Assembly: GCF_037042905.1 (NCBI RefSeq)
Contig: NC_087251.1
Span: 9,798,001 to 9,858,000 of the forward strand
DNA length: 60,000 nt
Reading direction: 5' to 3'
From: Lytechinus pictus
Taxonomy: Eukaryota
Shown here in pieces: positions 1-12,063 of this stretch (position 1 is its first letter; every line of letters starts with the position of its first letter). The notes below the pieces were generated by a model. That model did no database searches and was not told the origin of the DNA. It saw nothing but the letters and a program-made list of their open reading frames with translations. The translations under genes were made by a program, and so were the position numbers.

Positions 1-929
1 AATTTCAGATATTAGGGAAAACGGCTTTTTAATGCCGTCTCATATGCTTTGAGGTTGGATCAAGGGGACTCATAACTAAAGACAACAAATGCCAGATAAC
101 TGCACTATTTAAGTCGGTCTGCCGTTCGGTGAAACCTCGGAAGTATTTTACACCCATATCCAAGATTATAGCCATTCTAACATCTTACGCGATATTTAAC
201 GAAAGAGCGGAACCTTCGTGGGTAAAACCTGCGCTGCTCTGCCCATAATACCGTAAATATTATTCATAAGGGGTAGGATATGTCATAATGACAATTTGAT
301 TAACTAATCAAATGTCATTAATCTTATTTTGCTTTCGGAAAAAATCATAATTTATGTATATATACTATAATTAAATCACGCTCTTCTTTTTCACGTGACA
401 AGCATGCATATACTGAACAGTATTCAGACATTATAAATTTATATTCATTAGCAGTGAAATACTGCTCTGTTTAATGATCTCAAGTATATGCAGTATAATT
501 CTATAATATTGTTAATTTTGAGGTACCACATATACTTATTATTCTCCAAACACCATCTATTCCTAAATTATCTTTGTTATAAATGATTTTATTATTCCAT
601 TATTTCAAAATAATAACTCTACATACTGGCATTGTCAATAGTTCCTACAAAAAATACTATTAATCCACAAAATCCTCTTGTGACTGTTTACCCTTACTAG
701 GCTTTATAACCTATTCATTTATTACTATTTACTTAAAGTCTCTCTTCAAGTGCATGTACTCCCCTTATCAGTTAAAAAAAATTCTGTTTTGTTCTTTTGT
801 TGAATTATGTATTTATCTTGTATTTCCACATTTGTCATCCATTACATAATTGTATACCTTGTATCTTTCTGCCCACACATAAGGTAAAATGCTGGCATCA
901 AACCAATAAAGTATATTTGCTTGGAAAAA

Positions 930-1760
930 AAATCATGATTATTATCATTATTATTATTGTGATTATTACAACGACTAGTACTACTATTAATGATGTAAGT
1001 ATTACGAAACATCATATCCTCCACTCAGAACCAGTGTTATATATATTATGTGCTTGGCTTTTATTAGTCCTGCATTTCTAACTCAAAACGAAAGAGTTTG
1101 CACATGTAGGCAACGTTGGCATGCCAAAAGTGGTCTAGCGCCATCTCTTGTTTCAAACAATTTAATGTAGCTCTAACGCATGTTATTAACATTAAAATGC
1201 AAAAAGTGGTGTAGCGCCATCTCTTGTTTAAAACATTACAACATGACTAATTTCTATGTATACTAGTATATACCAATGATTATAGTTATACATGTAATTA
1301 GTACATTGCACTCACTGAATACTAATACGCAATATTTTTTGTAGATAAAGTGTAGGAAGAACACCCAGTTCTATTTATTGAGGCTTCAAATCAAATCTGC
1401 ATTAACTGTTTAAGGGGTAATTTACCCTGACGAAAAGTTTATTGTAAAAATATCAGAAAAATAATCAAAACATTAATAAAGGTTTGAGGAAAATCCACAG
1501 ATGATTGTAATAAGTTATTATAATAAGTTTTTTTTGACGTCATATACGAGCAGCTTCCCTATATATCGTGGAGTAAAAAACACAATAAAATTTCAATTTC
1601 TCAAAAAAGACAATTGTTTTATTTTACCTTCAGTATATCAAAATAAAAATCATTTTACGCCCGCTCCTGAAAGAAACAAATTTTTAGTTCTCATGAAATT
1701 AATGCATTTTATACTACATATTATGAGGCACCTACTCGTATATGACGTCATGAACTGTTG
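930..1760 (+). repeat. Local duplicated block, paralogous to 4660-4945 + 9870-9930 + 12400-12925
   Basis: Collinear similarity (e.g. tcctgcatttctaactc..gcacatgtaggcaa..tctagcgccatct and gaggcttca..ctgcatta..ccctgacgaaaagtttattg) without the two large insertions. Confidence 0.85.
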
Positions 1761-2672
1761 TTTGATACTTTAAACAACCATGTTGTTCCAGATTTGAACA
1801 CTTTTATACACTTTTGATTTTAATAGAAGTTACACTTAAAATATAGATTATTCGGAGTGCTTGCGTCCATCTGCAACACAATGGAAAAGATATTGTTTAT
1901 CCAAGATATTATGTTAGGCATTGTCAGAATATATAGTTAAGAGCCGAAAATGAACCTTTTAGTGTTTATTAGAGAAGACTTGGATATGTATTTCGTTTTG
2001 TTAAATCCAAAGAATACTTATTTTCAAAGATTTTGTTAAATGAAATAGATGATTATAATACATTGTGAAAAAACAAGAAAAATATGGATTATGGCAAGGA
2101 TTTGAAATTTTTCTTGTTTTTTCCTTTCTGAAGAATATTTCTCGAAATGCCGTTTGTGTTAGGTTGTATTTTAGCGTTCAAATTCATTCGTTTGTATTTT
2201 ATTTTCAGGTCGAAATTCTCTCTCTCTCTCTTGCTTTTGATTTATGATAACCAGCTCATAGACTGAATTAGCAGACACAATTGCAAGACATTATATTATA
2301 AACATTTCGTCCACGAAAAATTTTGACCATAAAAAAAAAGGTTCTTTATTTTCCAAAAAGGGGGGGGGGGCACATTTATTTCAACGGCATTTTTAGATTG
2401 AAAATTTTAATTGTGCCTCTCAAAAGGGGGGGGCACGAGCCGGCTTTGCCCGCCCCCCCCCCCCTTGGATCCGCCAGTGAAAGAAGGGGTTAGAAAATTC
2501 CTAAATAAAGAAAAAAAAAAGTCGGATTTGTGATTAACTCGTAGATCTAACTGCTCTTGAATAATACTTCCACATCATTTTTCTTTTCGATTTCATTTCA
2601 ATCCAAGAAAGTATGAAAATAAGTTTAACAAGAATGGCACAACCTGGGGGCATTTATTTTAGTAGGGGTGTG

Positions 2673-4454
2673 CAGGGGCGGATCCAGCTAGCCTTCGCCA
2701 ATAGGGGTGGCGGAATTTTTTTCAGCCATATTTCCCCCGATCTGTCGCTCGAAGTTGATTTTGATTTGTATTTTTGAAGGGGTAGTCCTATTAGTCACTT
2801 TTTAGCTTTATTCTTATAAATCAACATAAATTTTATTAACTCATAAGCCTTATCTAAATAGTGCGATCACGAAGCGAGGGCTATATTTTTTTATTTCATG
2901 CATTTTGTCCTAAAATTCTGGGCAATGTTTGTGATCTTGAACAGATGTGCATATGTAACTAAATAATTACAGCGAGAAAACATTTTTAATATACGTTTTG
3001 ATCTGATCGAAAAGTGACCTGTTAGGGACTGCTTGCAATTAGATATGAAGACGTTACATATTTCAACAATCAAATTTTGACATTTCTATCCAAAGAATGG
3101 AAATTCCAAGCACTTTTTGTAATCGTGAACAGGATAGGTAGGTTTTATATAGCTAAACTATTTAGACCTAAAAACGGGAGACTCTATTCAAGTTTTGTAA
3201 ATCATGAAAGGATAAGTAATTGGGGATGTTTCTACATTAATAATGCGAGCGCAAAGCGCGAGCTGAAAATTTTTTGATGTTCTGATTTGAACATGGATAA
3301 TGATTTAAATAGAGAACAAGCTGCTTATCTGAATAAACATGCGCGTGTGTGTTTCAGATATAGACCTATAATCTGCATGCATTTTTTATCATGAAAATAA
3401 ATAAAGCGAGCGCGAAGCGCGAGCTTAAAATATTTGATATTCCGATCTGAAAAAGAGTCGAATTAAGCTTTATGTTTCAAGCGCTTTGTAGGAAAATTAT
3501 GAGGTGGATATGGATCGCACTTTACATTTTTCTAACAAAGAGCTGATATTTTTCATTATTATTGCTTTGAGTTTTGACATAGGACCGGGACATTCTAAGG
3601 ACATTTTATCATTATATGAAAATGATGACTATCTTCTTATTCTTCTTCCAATTAAATGACAATTTAATTATTGAACTAATATCTTTTTAATTAATTTAAT
3701 TAACCTATGAGAGCGCGAAATCTGTTAATGTTATGGCCTGAAAACTGGACTTTTTAAGCAATTTTGTAATTATAAATAGGTGCATGACTTGATTAATATT
3801 TAACAATTAATGCGAGCGCAAATCTCGAGCCGAAATTTTTGATAAACTATCATGAAATGGGGATTTTAAGTTTGTTAAAAATTGGTATTGAGATATACAT
3901 AACTCACCAATCAAAATGCGAGCGTGAAGCGCTAGCTGACACTTTTCAATCAGACCTGAATAGGGATATTTTGAGAACTTTATGGAATACACGAAAAAAT
4001 AGGTACCTGACAAATAAAATTTTCCGAGCGCGCAAGGCGAGCAGAAAATATAATAATATTCAGACCATAAAACTGACATTTTTACAAAGCACTTTTTAAA
4101 ATTAATTTGTAAATGAAACTTCGATTTCCGAGCTGAACTATGTTTTGTATATTGACTTCAAAATTTGATATTCAAGCTCCATATTGAGCAAGATATGTAA
4201 ATTAACCTACAAGCAATGCGAGCGCGAAGCGCGAGCGAAAATTTTATATAGTGACATTAATTTTTTTTTCAAAGTCTTCCCCTAATCTTTTTTTTTTCAC
4301 TCGTCTTCCTCCTCTTATTTTTCCTTTTCTTTTTTTTTTTCTCTTTTCCCATCTTTTTCTGTTTTTTTTCTTTCTCCCTTTTTGTTTCTTTTTTTTTGCT
4401 CCGGCAATAGGGGGCCCGGGCCCCTCCGCCCCCCCCCCCCTGGATCTAGATATG
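2673..4454 (+). mobile_element. ~1.8-kb non-autonomous hAT-like element with internal gcgcgaagcgcgagc repeats (intact copy A)
   Basis: CAGGGGCGGATCCAG left end, degenerate ccctggatc right end, homologous in reverse orientation to the split copy 13574-14737 + 20115-20521. Confidence 0.75.
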
Positions 4455-4945
4455 GATGTGCTTTATCAAAGGTAGCTTTTTGAGCCCCTGCAATTCTCAT
4501 TGATCGCGAATTTCTATAAAATACTGATTTCAAAACAAAGTGCTTATTTTCTATTTCTATTAATTAGATCACTGACTGTACTTCTATATGCAAAGTTTTA
4601 AAATGAAGTAGGGCCTAATATTTCACCTGTTTTCGCGTGATCATGAACCATTCATTGTTATTATCATCACTCTTGTTGTTATCATTATTATTATTACATG
4701 TTATCAATTTATTATTATTATTACTGATGATGTAATTAGTATTAAACACCATATCCTCTATTCAAAGCCAGAATTTTATGAATTATATGCTTGACTTTTG
4801 TAAGTCCTGCATTTCTAACTCCAAACACAAGAATTTGCACATGTAGGCAATGTCAGTATGTCATAATTGGTCTAGCGCCATCTTTTGTTTCAAACATTAT
4901 AATGTAGCTCTAAACGCATGTCATTAACACTAGAACGCAATAACC

Positions 4946-7900
4946 CAAGGCCCTATATAAACAAGGTTGCGACAACAGGGGTCAAAGGTCAAATTTGAAG
5001 GATCTCGAATAGTTCCAACCGGGCCTTTTTGTCGACTGCATGCTACCATTGGAAATGCGTGTAAAATTTTGAATCATTTTTTATAATTATATCGGAAATC
5101 GACGCTAAGAATTTATTTTCACACTGCACATCCATATCAATATATTAGCGGCCACCTAAATTTATCAAATTTGTACAATCTTATAACAAAAATCGTGAAA
5201 TATCGTTGATTTGAAAAATGGCAACCGAGTTCGTCGCAAGCCGCAAATGCTCACTGCTGCTGGTAGCGAGCGGGACGCTGCACTAATTTTCCCCGGAACT
5301 GTCGGGCTGGATGTAAGGTTCTGCTGGCCCCCACGGGTCGTTTGGAGAGCGAGAGGTGAGTATGTACCGGAATGTCATGTGGTGCCATACATACTAGTTT
5401 CATGTCCTAAATTCTTATTGTAGATTTTTTGCCGTAGTAAATTTAGCTGAATTTGATTTTTTTTACCAGAGCACTCAAAAACATGAATGATTTGAGCATA
5501 TATTTGTGCCTGTCTTTAGTCCTAGTTTGAGTTTGACTGAGTGGGCCCTTAATCATTAATTAATTATTTATTTATTTTTGATTTCTGATATTTAAATAGG
5601 CCACAGGGCGGCACATATCATCAACTTGGTGGTTTTCCATGTGGCCCTATTAACAAAAAAGTACAGCAAAAAATGTTACTAGATCTATTAATAATACCAA
5701 ATAGATCTAACGTTAGATCTAGATCTACATGCAGCTGCAGTGAGTTAAAATAAACATGACAAAATGTAGGCAAAAAATGTATGCGAACATGTTATAGGAA
5801 AGATGATTGGTATCCTTAATTGGGAATTATGTTCATTTAATATTAAAATCAACTATGACAATTTGAATCAATCCTGTGAATTTAGATTTTGAAGATGAAA
5901 CATATTGCCTATTAATTGATGGAAAGAGAGATAAGTGCTGTGCAGAATGCAGATATTCAATTCTACTAACCTTATTTTTATTAAGAACAAAATTAATTTC
6001 AAGAATTCAATTTATTTTGGGGGCTTGGGGCCAATGCATAAAGTGAATTTACAACAAGGACTGTACCAAATAGTGAAGTGCTTTATCCAGTTTAGATCAA
6101 AAGAACATTAAAAAAAAGAAAGTAAATAAATATTTATTCATTTCAATCACCACACAGCACAAGATTTACTAAATGAGGATAACGTTAGGTTACTTATATC
6201 ATAAAATTTTACATTGGATAAGTGGTCTTGTCAGTTGTCACCAGAATAAGGCTAGTGCTAGTTTCCCCTTATATTCCTATCGCTACAGAATTTTTCATAG
6301 CGTTCTTAATATTTCTACCCTTTATGCCCTGTAAAAACATACCATGGTGTTCTTTGGATTTTATACCATTTCAATGCCTTACATACATGTACCTCGTTGC
6401 TCTCGAGATCAACATGCTTTATTTTATTTTCATATATGATACAGGCCAGGGTTATCCTTATAGTTGCCACCGTGATGTAAAACTATTCCGAAGGAAAGTG
6501 AAATACCCAAGTAGGCCTAGTACAGTACTAGACCAAAAGCTTTAGTATCTGTATTTGGTTGTTTTGCTGAACTGTGTTGGCTTCTCTCACTTAGTAAAAT
6601 GTCAGAAATTGTTAAATAAATCCCTAGAAATTGTTTTTCCTGTCTAGCCTAGTACCAATTTGGCTATAAACTCTTTGTTGTGTACTGGGTGAGTTCAATT
6701 CTCACGAGGCATATTCGAACATCATTGACCACCAAGTCTATGATAACCCTAAATGCTTTCATGGTGTCAGTACATGGACAAATGAGTTTAGTAATCCAGT
6801 TGGTTTGCATGTAGCTTCCCTTTTTTTTTTAATATTACTTTCATTTCTGCACTGCCAATACTTTGCACATTTTCTAGACCAAAAATCTTCAATCTCTGTA
6901 CCATCTCAGATGTTGTTCTGGAAGTTTCCATGGCAAAAAAGAATAGTGTAGCAAAAAACATCTGAGATAGTGTAGTAGGTTTCATGGTCATCATGTATCT
7001 TTCTTGGGCAAATGTTGGTCCTGAAAAGGACCACCCAATCTTGACGTTGCGACAAGTGTGTTCTTGTCGTCCTACTCATGCCTTGTGTACTGAAAGCCCT
7101 CTCGCTCAGACAGCAAGTATTGTATGTGCTAGTCCTTACGTGGAGCCACACTTAGAACAAGTTTCATTCAGTCTGTGCCTGCAGACTAAACTAATGTGGC
7201 CATGGCACCTCCTCACCTATCCAATGCCATATAAAGTTCATATTGGCATTAAAATGTATTTGCTTAATAAAACAACCTCTTTACAACTATCTAAATTAAC
7301 GCATGATCCAACTATATTATCATTACATGTACACTAAATATGAAATAAAAGAAACAATAGGTAGAGAGTGAGAGATTGACCCTCATTTTATGCTGTTGCC
7401 ACCAATGAAAGTTCTTAATTTAAATTTGGAACTTCATGAGAGTCGAACTCATCCAACATTGCACAAAATGCGGTCAGAAGACAGGCGGAATGATACATGA
7501 TGAAAGATTTAAAGGAGAACATTTCAAGGAAATAAGAAAGGTTGACTGCACAATGTAGCCCTACATGTATGTAATATAATCACATCTTATTACAATCATG
7601 ATGAAAATCAAACAATCATACTTACACAGCTTACTGGCTTATCCAGTAGTTCCTCTCATCCAAAACAGATCAATCGGCAGCAGGGCCTATTTTATTTTCC
7701 ACAATCAAATTGAAAAAAAAAATCTACATTTAGATCTAACTTAGATAAGTTTGGTGCATCAATGATTATCTTGTCAACTAAGCACGTATTATCATTGGCT
7801 TTTGTAATTACTTAGTTATCAAACCATACATATCAACAGAGTAGAGGTCTACATGTGCATGTATGCTAAATTAGGCCTTTAAAGTTTCTTTGAAAAACTA

Positions 7901-9861
7901 CAAAGAATTGATTTTAATTCCAAACCATTTCAAATTACTTGGCCTAGTCGAAGAAATGTTTGGTCTAGATACCCAACCTGTCCGGACATGCAACTAGTGG
8001 TATGATAGGGGCACTTGTCCAATACTACAAGGTTGTGATAACATCCATGTGGTCTTAAACCACTTTTAAAAAATGCAGTGCTAAGCTAACACCACTTTTA
8101 TCACAAGGTTGTGATAACCTTGTCCACAGTTAGTAACCTGTGTGGTGAACAAGATTGTCTTGAATCTTGAAGAAGTACTTTTTGAGTGTCAACAAGATTG
8201 TCAATTTTCTCTTGATCTAGACTGGATGAATACTTGATCAACAGTCAATTTTGACCATACAGTGAATTAATCATCATAAAAAAATGCCTTGGCACAAAAC
8301 TAAATTGAATTCTTGAAATTTATAATTTTTTTTCTAATTAAAAAGAGATTAAAAAGAGAGTCTGTGGAGATGAAGATCTGCATCAGTCACAGAGGGCCTC
8401 ACAAAAATATGCTCAAAATTAAAAGTTTTTGAGCGCTCTTGTGAATTAAAAAAAAAAGTTTTTTAAGTCTAGAATGAAAACAAATAACTGAATGGATCTG
8501 TCTTTTTGAGTGTGCATTGTACATGGATGTTGCATAGACTCAAGACAGAAAGAGTGGTTGGAGAGTGCAAGAGGATGGGGTGCTTCCACTCTTCCCGCAA
8601 TTCGACAAATTTTTACTTTTTCCAGGAAAGGTTCCAGAAATGAAAAAAATTCCAGGAAATTCAGGGAAATCCACAAATTACAAGGGGGGCCCCTTGAGAA
8701 GCATAATTTAAAATTGTAATGTAGAAATGCAGAAGTGTGCCCCCCCCCCCTTGAACGTGAAGTCCCTTTTATTTTTGCATGTCAATTTTTTCCTCAGGAA
8801 AATGTGCCTCCCCTTTTGGAAAATCCTGGATCCGCCCATGATTACAATTAAATGACAATTTACCGTAGCAACTTTAAAATATTCATGTAATATTTTACAA
8901 AGATTTAGATCTAACATTAGATCTTCCTCCGGATCCAGACATATGCTCCGTCGTCGGAGCTCAAAATTTTCTGCGTTCGTCATTTCGTAATTTTGTTCCT
9001 ATTTTTCAAGAGGACATGATGAACAAAAATGTTTTATTTCTTGATTTTGGTCACTTCTTGGACCAAATTTAGGCTCACTGTATTAATTATTATTGCCAGA
9101 TTTTCATTAAAATTCAAAATGGAAAATTCCAGGAATTGTCTATGAATTTCAGAAAATTTGGGATTCATTTTCAGGAAATTTGTTTTGGATCTGTGGAACA
9201 TTGATGAGGGGTTTGGTGTCCGGACACTGAAAAATGAAGCCTTGTATTTGTAGAAGTTTAGGCTTGCTGTTGTTTATCTCACTTGTTTTTTTTTTTATAT
9301 TTTATCTCAAATTCTCACTTCTCAGCAAAATAAAGCAAAAAATATAGCTTGAATAATGCTTATCACCATCATTATTCGTTCTTTATAATATTTTCTTACA
9401 TTCTGAGCTAAAAAAAAATCAAAGACATTGCTTGTATTTTTTGTAAACTTTTCAAAATTAAAGGAGATGTCGTGAGTCCGGACACCCAACCCGTCAGGAA
9501 ACACAACCACAGCGTATATCGGGCTACTGAGCCAGCCGCACTGCCGGCTACAGTTACCAGTCCCATACCGTATCTTTACTGTCATGTTTACGCCTTGGAA
9601 CTATTAAAAATTAGTAAAAAAGCATGTTAAAATTCAAAATTATTGCAAACCAATCATATCAAAATGAAGGACATAAAATTCTCTTTAAAAACTATCATTT
9701 TGTTTTTATTAATAACAATTTCAATTACCTGAAATTTGCTGTCGAAAAATCTCCCCCATTGACTTTGTACACAAACTTCGGTGAGTTTGGAACTATTCAA
9801 AAGCTCCATGAGCAAATGACGGCAACTTCCGGTGTCGCAACCTTGTTTATATAGGGCCTTG
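4946..9861. mobile_element. 4.9-kb non-autonomous P-element-like DNA transposon
   Basis: Perfect 29-bp TIR CAAGGCCCTATATAAACAAGGTTGCGACA, 8-bp TSD CAATAACC (4938-4945 and 9862-9869), CANRG terminus, no transposase ORF seen. Confidence 0.85.
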
Positions 9862-10456
9862 CAATAACCGGTGTAGCGCCATCTCTTGTTTGAAACATTA
9901 TAATATAACTTAACTCTATTATACGCATAATATAGGTTTTCCAGTCCAATTTCGTCAAAATTTCAACCGATTTAATGATGTAATAATTCAATTTGCAACT
10001 AATTTGAATGACCTATGAGATCAGCATTTAAATAGCCAAATACTTGATTCAATTTAATTCTATTGGCACGCGATTTCATGGTTATCTCATTTAAACATGT
10101 ATAAAGAACGATCAAATTCAAATAGCTGAAGAAGTGTTTTCAAATTCGCACCGGTACCCTCCTTGCGAACGTTTAGGAATTCAAAATAATTAATATGCAA
10201 TCACTTATAGGATAACGACAGTGTTTTTCGTTGATGTTGTTGTTTTTTACTTCTTTTGAATAATTATGGAAATTGTTTTTACTTCTAAAAAAGATGTTTA
10301 CAATTTTGCTGAAATGTATCATCCATCTGACAAACCATCATCGACCATGTTTCTTATCCCTTCCCCAAAACGATATGAATTGCAATTTTTATGTAAAATA
10401 AAAAAAGAATAAGATGATGAACAAAAAATACCATTGGCATAGGTCATCCACCCACC

Positions 10457-10641
10457 CACTGGCGAATCCAGGGGGGCATAGCCGGCTCGTGCCCCCCCCC
10501 CCTTGAGAGGCACAATTAAATTGTTTTCGTGGACGAAATACCCTTATTCTTTGGTTAAAAACCCTTTTTTTTTGCTCGTCAAATTCCTCGGGAAAATGTG
10601 TCCCCCCCCCCCCCCTTTGAGAAATCCTGGATCCACCCCTG
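10457..10641. mobile_element. hAT-like MITE (second copy at 11397-11567, partial copy ~2300-2479)
   Basis: CACTGGCG(G/A)ATCCAG...CTGGATCC(G/A)CCCCTG ends, near-TSD cacccact/caccgact in the second copy. Confidence 0.7.
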
Positions 10642-10812
10642 CACCGATTCATCAATCACTAAAAGAATAACCGTTTACAACCATACCATATAAGTGTTAC
10701 ATGAATATACGTCTTTATAAAAAATAATGGAAAAAAAAAGAATCTAACTGAAAAGATCAGAAAAAATAGAAAGATGGGTAAAGTTTGAAAAAAATGCTGC
10801 TATAACGTAATA

Positions 10813-12063
10813 TAGGTTTTCCCGTCCAATTTCGTCAAAATGCCAACCGATTTAATGATGTAATAATTCAATTTGCAACTAATTTGAATGACCTATGAGA
10901 TCAGCATTTAAATAGCCAAATACTTCATTCAATTTAATTCTATTGGCACGTATTTTCATGGTTATCTCATTTAAACATGTATAAAGAACGATCAAATTAA
11001 AAATGCTGAAGAGGTGTTTTCAAATTCGCACCAGTACCTTCCTTGCGAACGTTTAGGAATTCAAAATCATTAATATGCAATCACTTATAGGATATGGACA
11101 GCGTTTTCGTTGATGTTGATGGGTTTTTTTTTCTTCTTTTGAATAATTATGGAAATGGCTTTTACTTCTAAATTGGATGTTTACAATTTTACTGAAATGT
11201 ATCGTCCATCCGACAAACCATCATCGGATCAACAACTCGTTTTTGTTCCACTTTCATAACTATAGACTGTGGTCAATACCATGTTTCTTATCCCTTCCCC
11301 AAAACGATATAAATTGCAATTATGTAAAATTAAAAAAAAACAGAAAAAAATGATGAAGAAAAAATGCCTACAATTAGCATAGGTCATCCACCCACTCACT
11401 GGCGGATCCAGGGGGGGGGGGGCACAGCCGGCTCGTGCCCCCCCCCCCCCCCATGAGAGGCACAATTACTTTTTTCGTGGACGAAATACCCTTATTCTTT
11501 GGTTAAAAACCTATTTTTTTGGCTCGTCAAATTCCTCAGGAAAATGTGCCCCCTGGATCCGCCCCTGCACCGACTTATCAAAGAATAAACGTTTACAACC
11601 ATATCCTATAAGTGTTACATGAATATACGTCTTTATCAAAAATAATGAAATAAAATGATTCTAACTGAAAAGATCAGAAAAAATTAGAAAGATGGGTAAA
11701 GTTTGAAAAAAATATTGTATAACGTAATAAAAAAAAAATGAACACAGAAACATGTTATCTGAATTTGGACGTTTAAAGTGCAAACATGTGTGCCGATAAA
11801 TGAAATTGAAAATGGTATTTTAGTCGAAATTAAACGATCAGTTCGTTGTTGCGAAATTAAATGACACCTTTGGGCCATTAATTTGAACGAATTTCTCTCT
11901 AAATTGAATTTCTACGAAATTCAAAGGAATGATTTAGAACGGAATTGAATGCTGAATAAATGAAAATGAACCATGTGTGCAGAGGGTGGACGAAATATTT
12001 CGAATTTGAACGTCCTTTCATTAATTTAAATGCAACTCTGATGAAATTGGGCTGGAAAACCTG
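10813..12063. mobile_element. Inner copy of the same TA-flanked element
   Basis: Same TIRs with TA on both sides. Removing it restores the junction tataacgtaata-aaaaaaatgaacacag seen intact at 11718-11747. Confidence 0.75.

Noticed and set aside
5211..5423. 70-aa ORF as THAP/P transposase start (also 9322-9585 on the minus strand)
   Set aside because: No C2CH THAP signature or DDE motifs, and non-ATG or weak starts.
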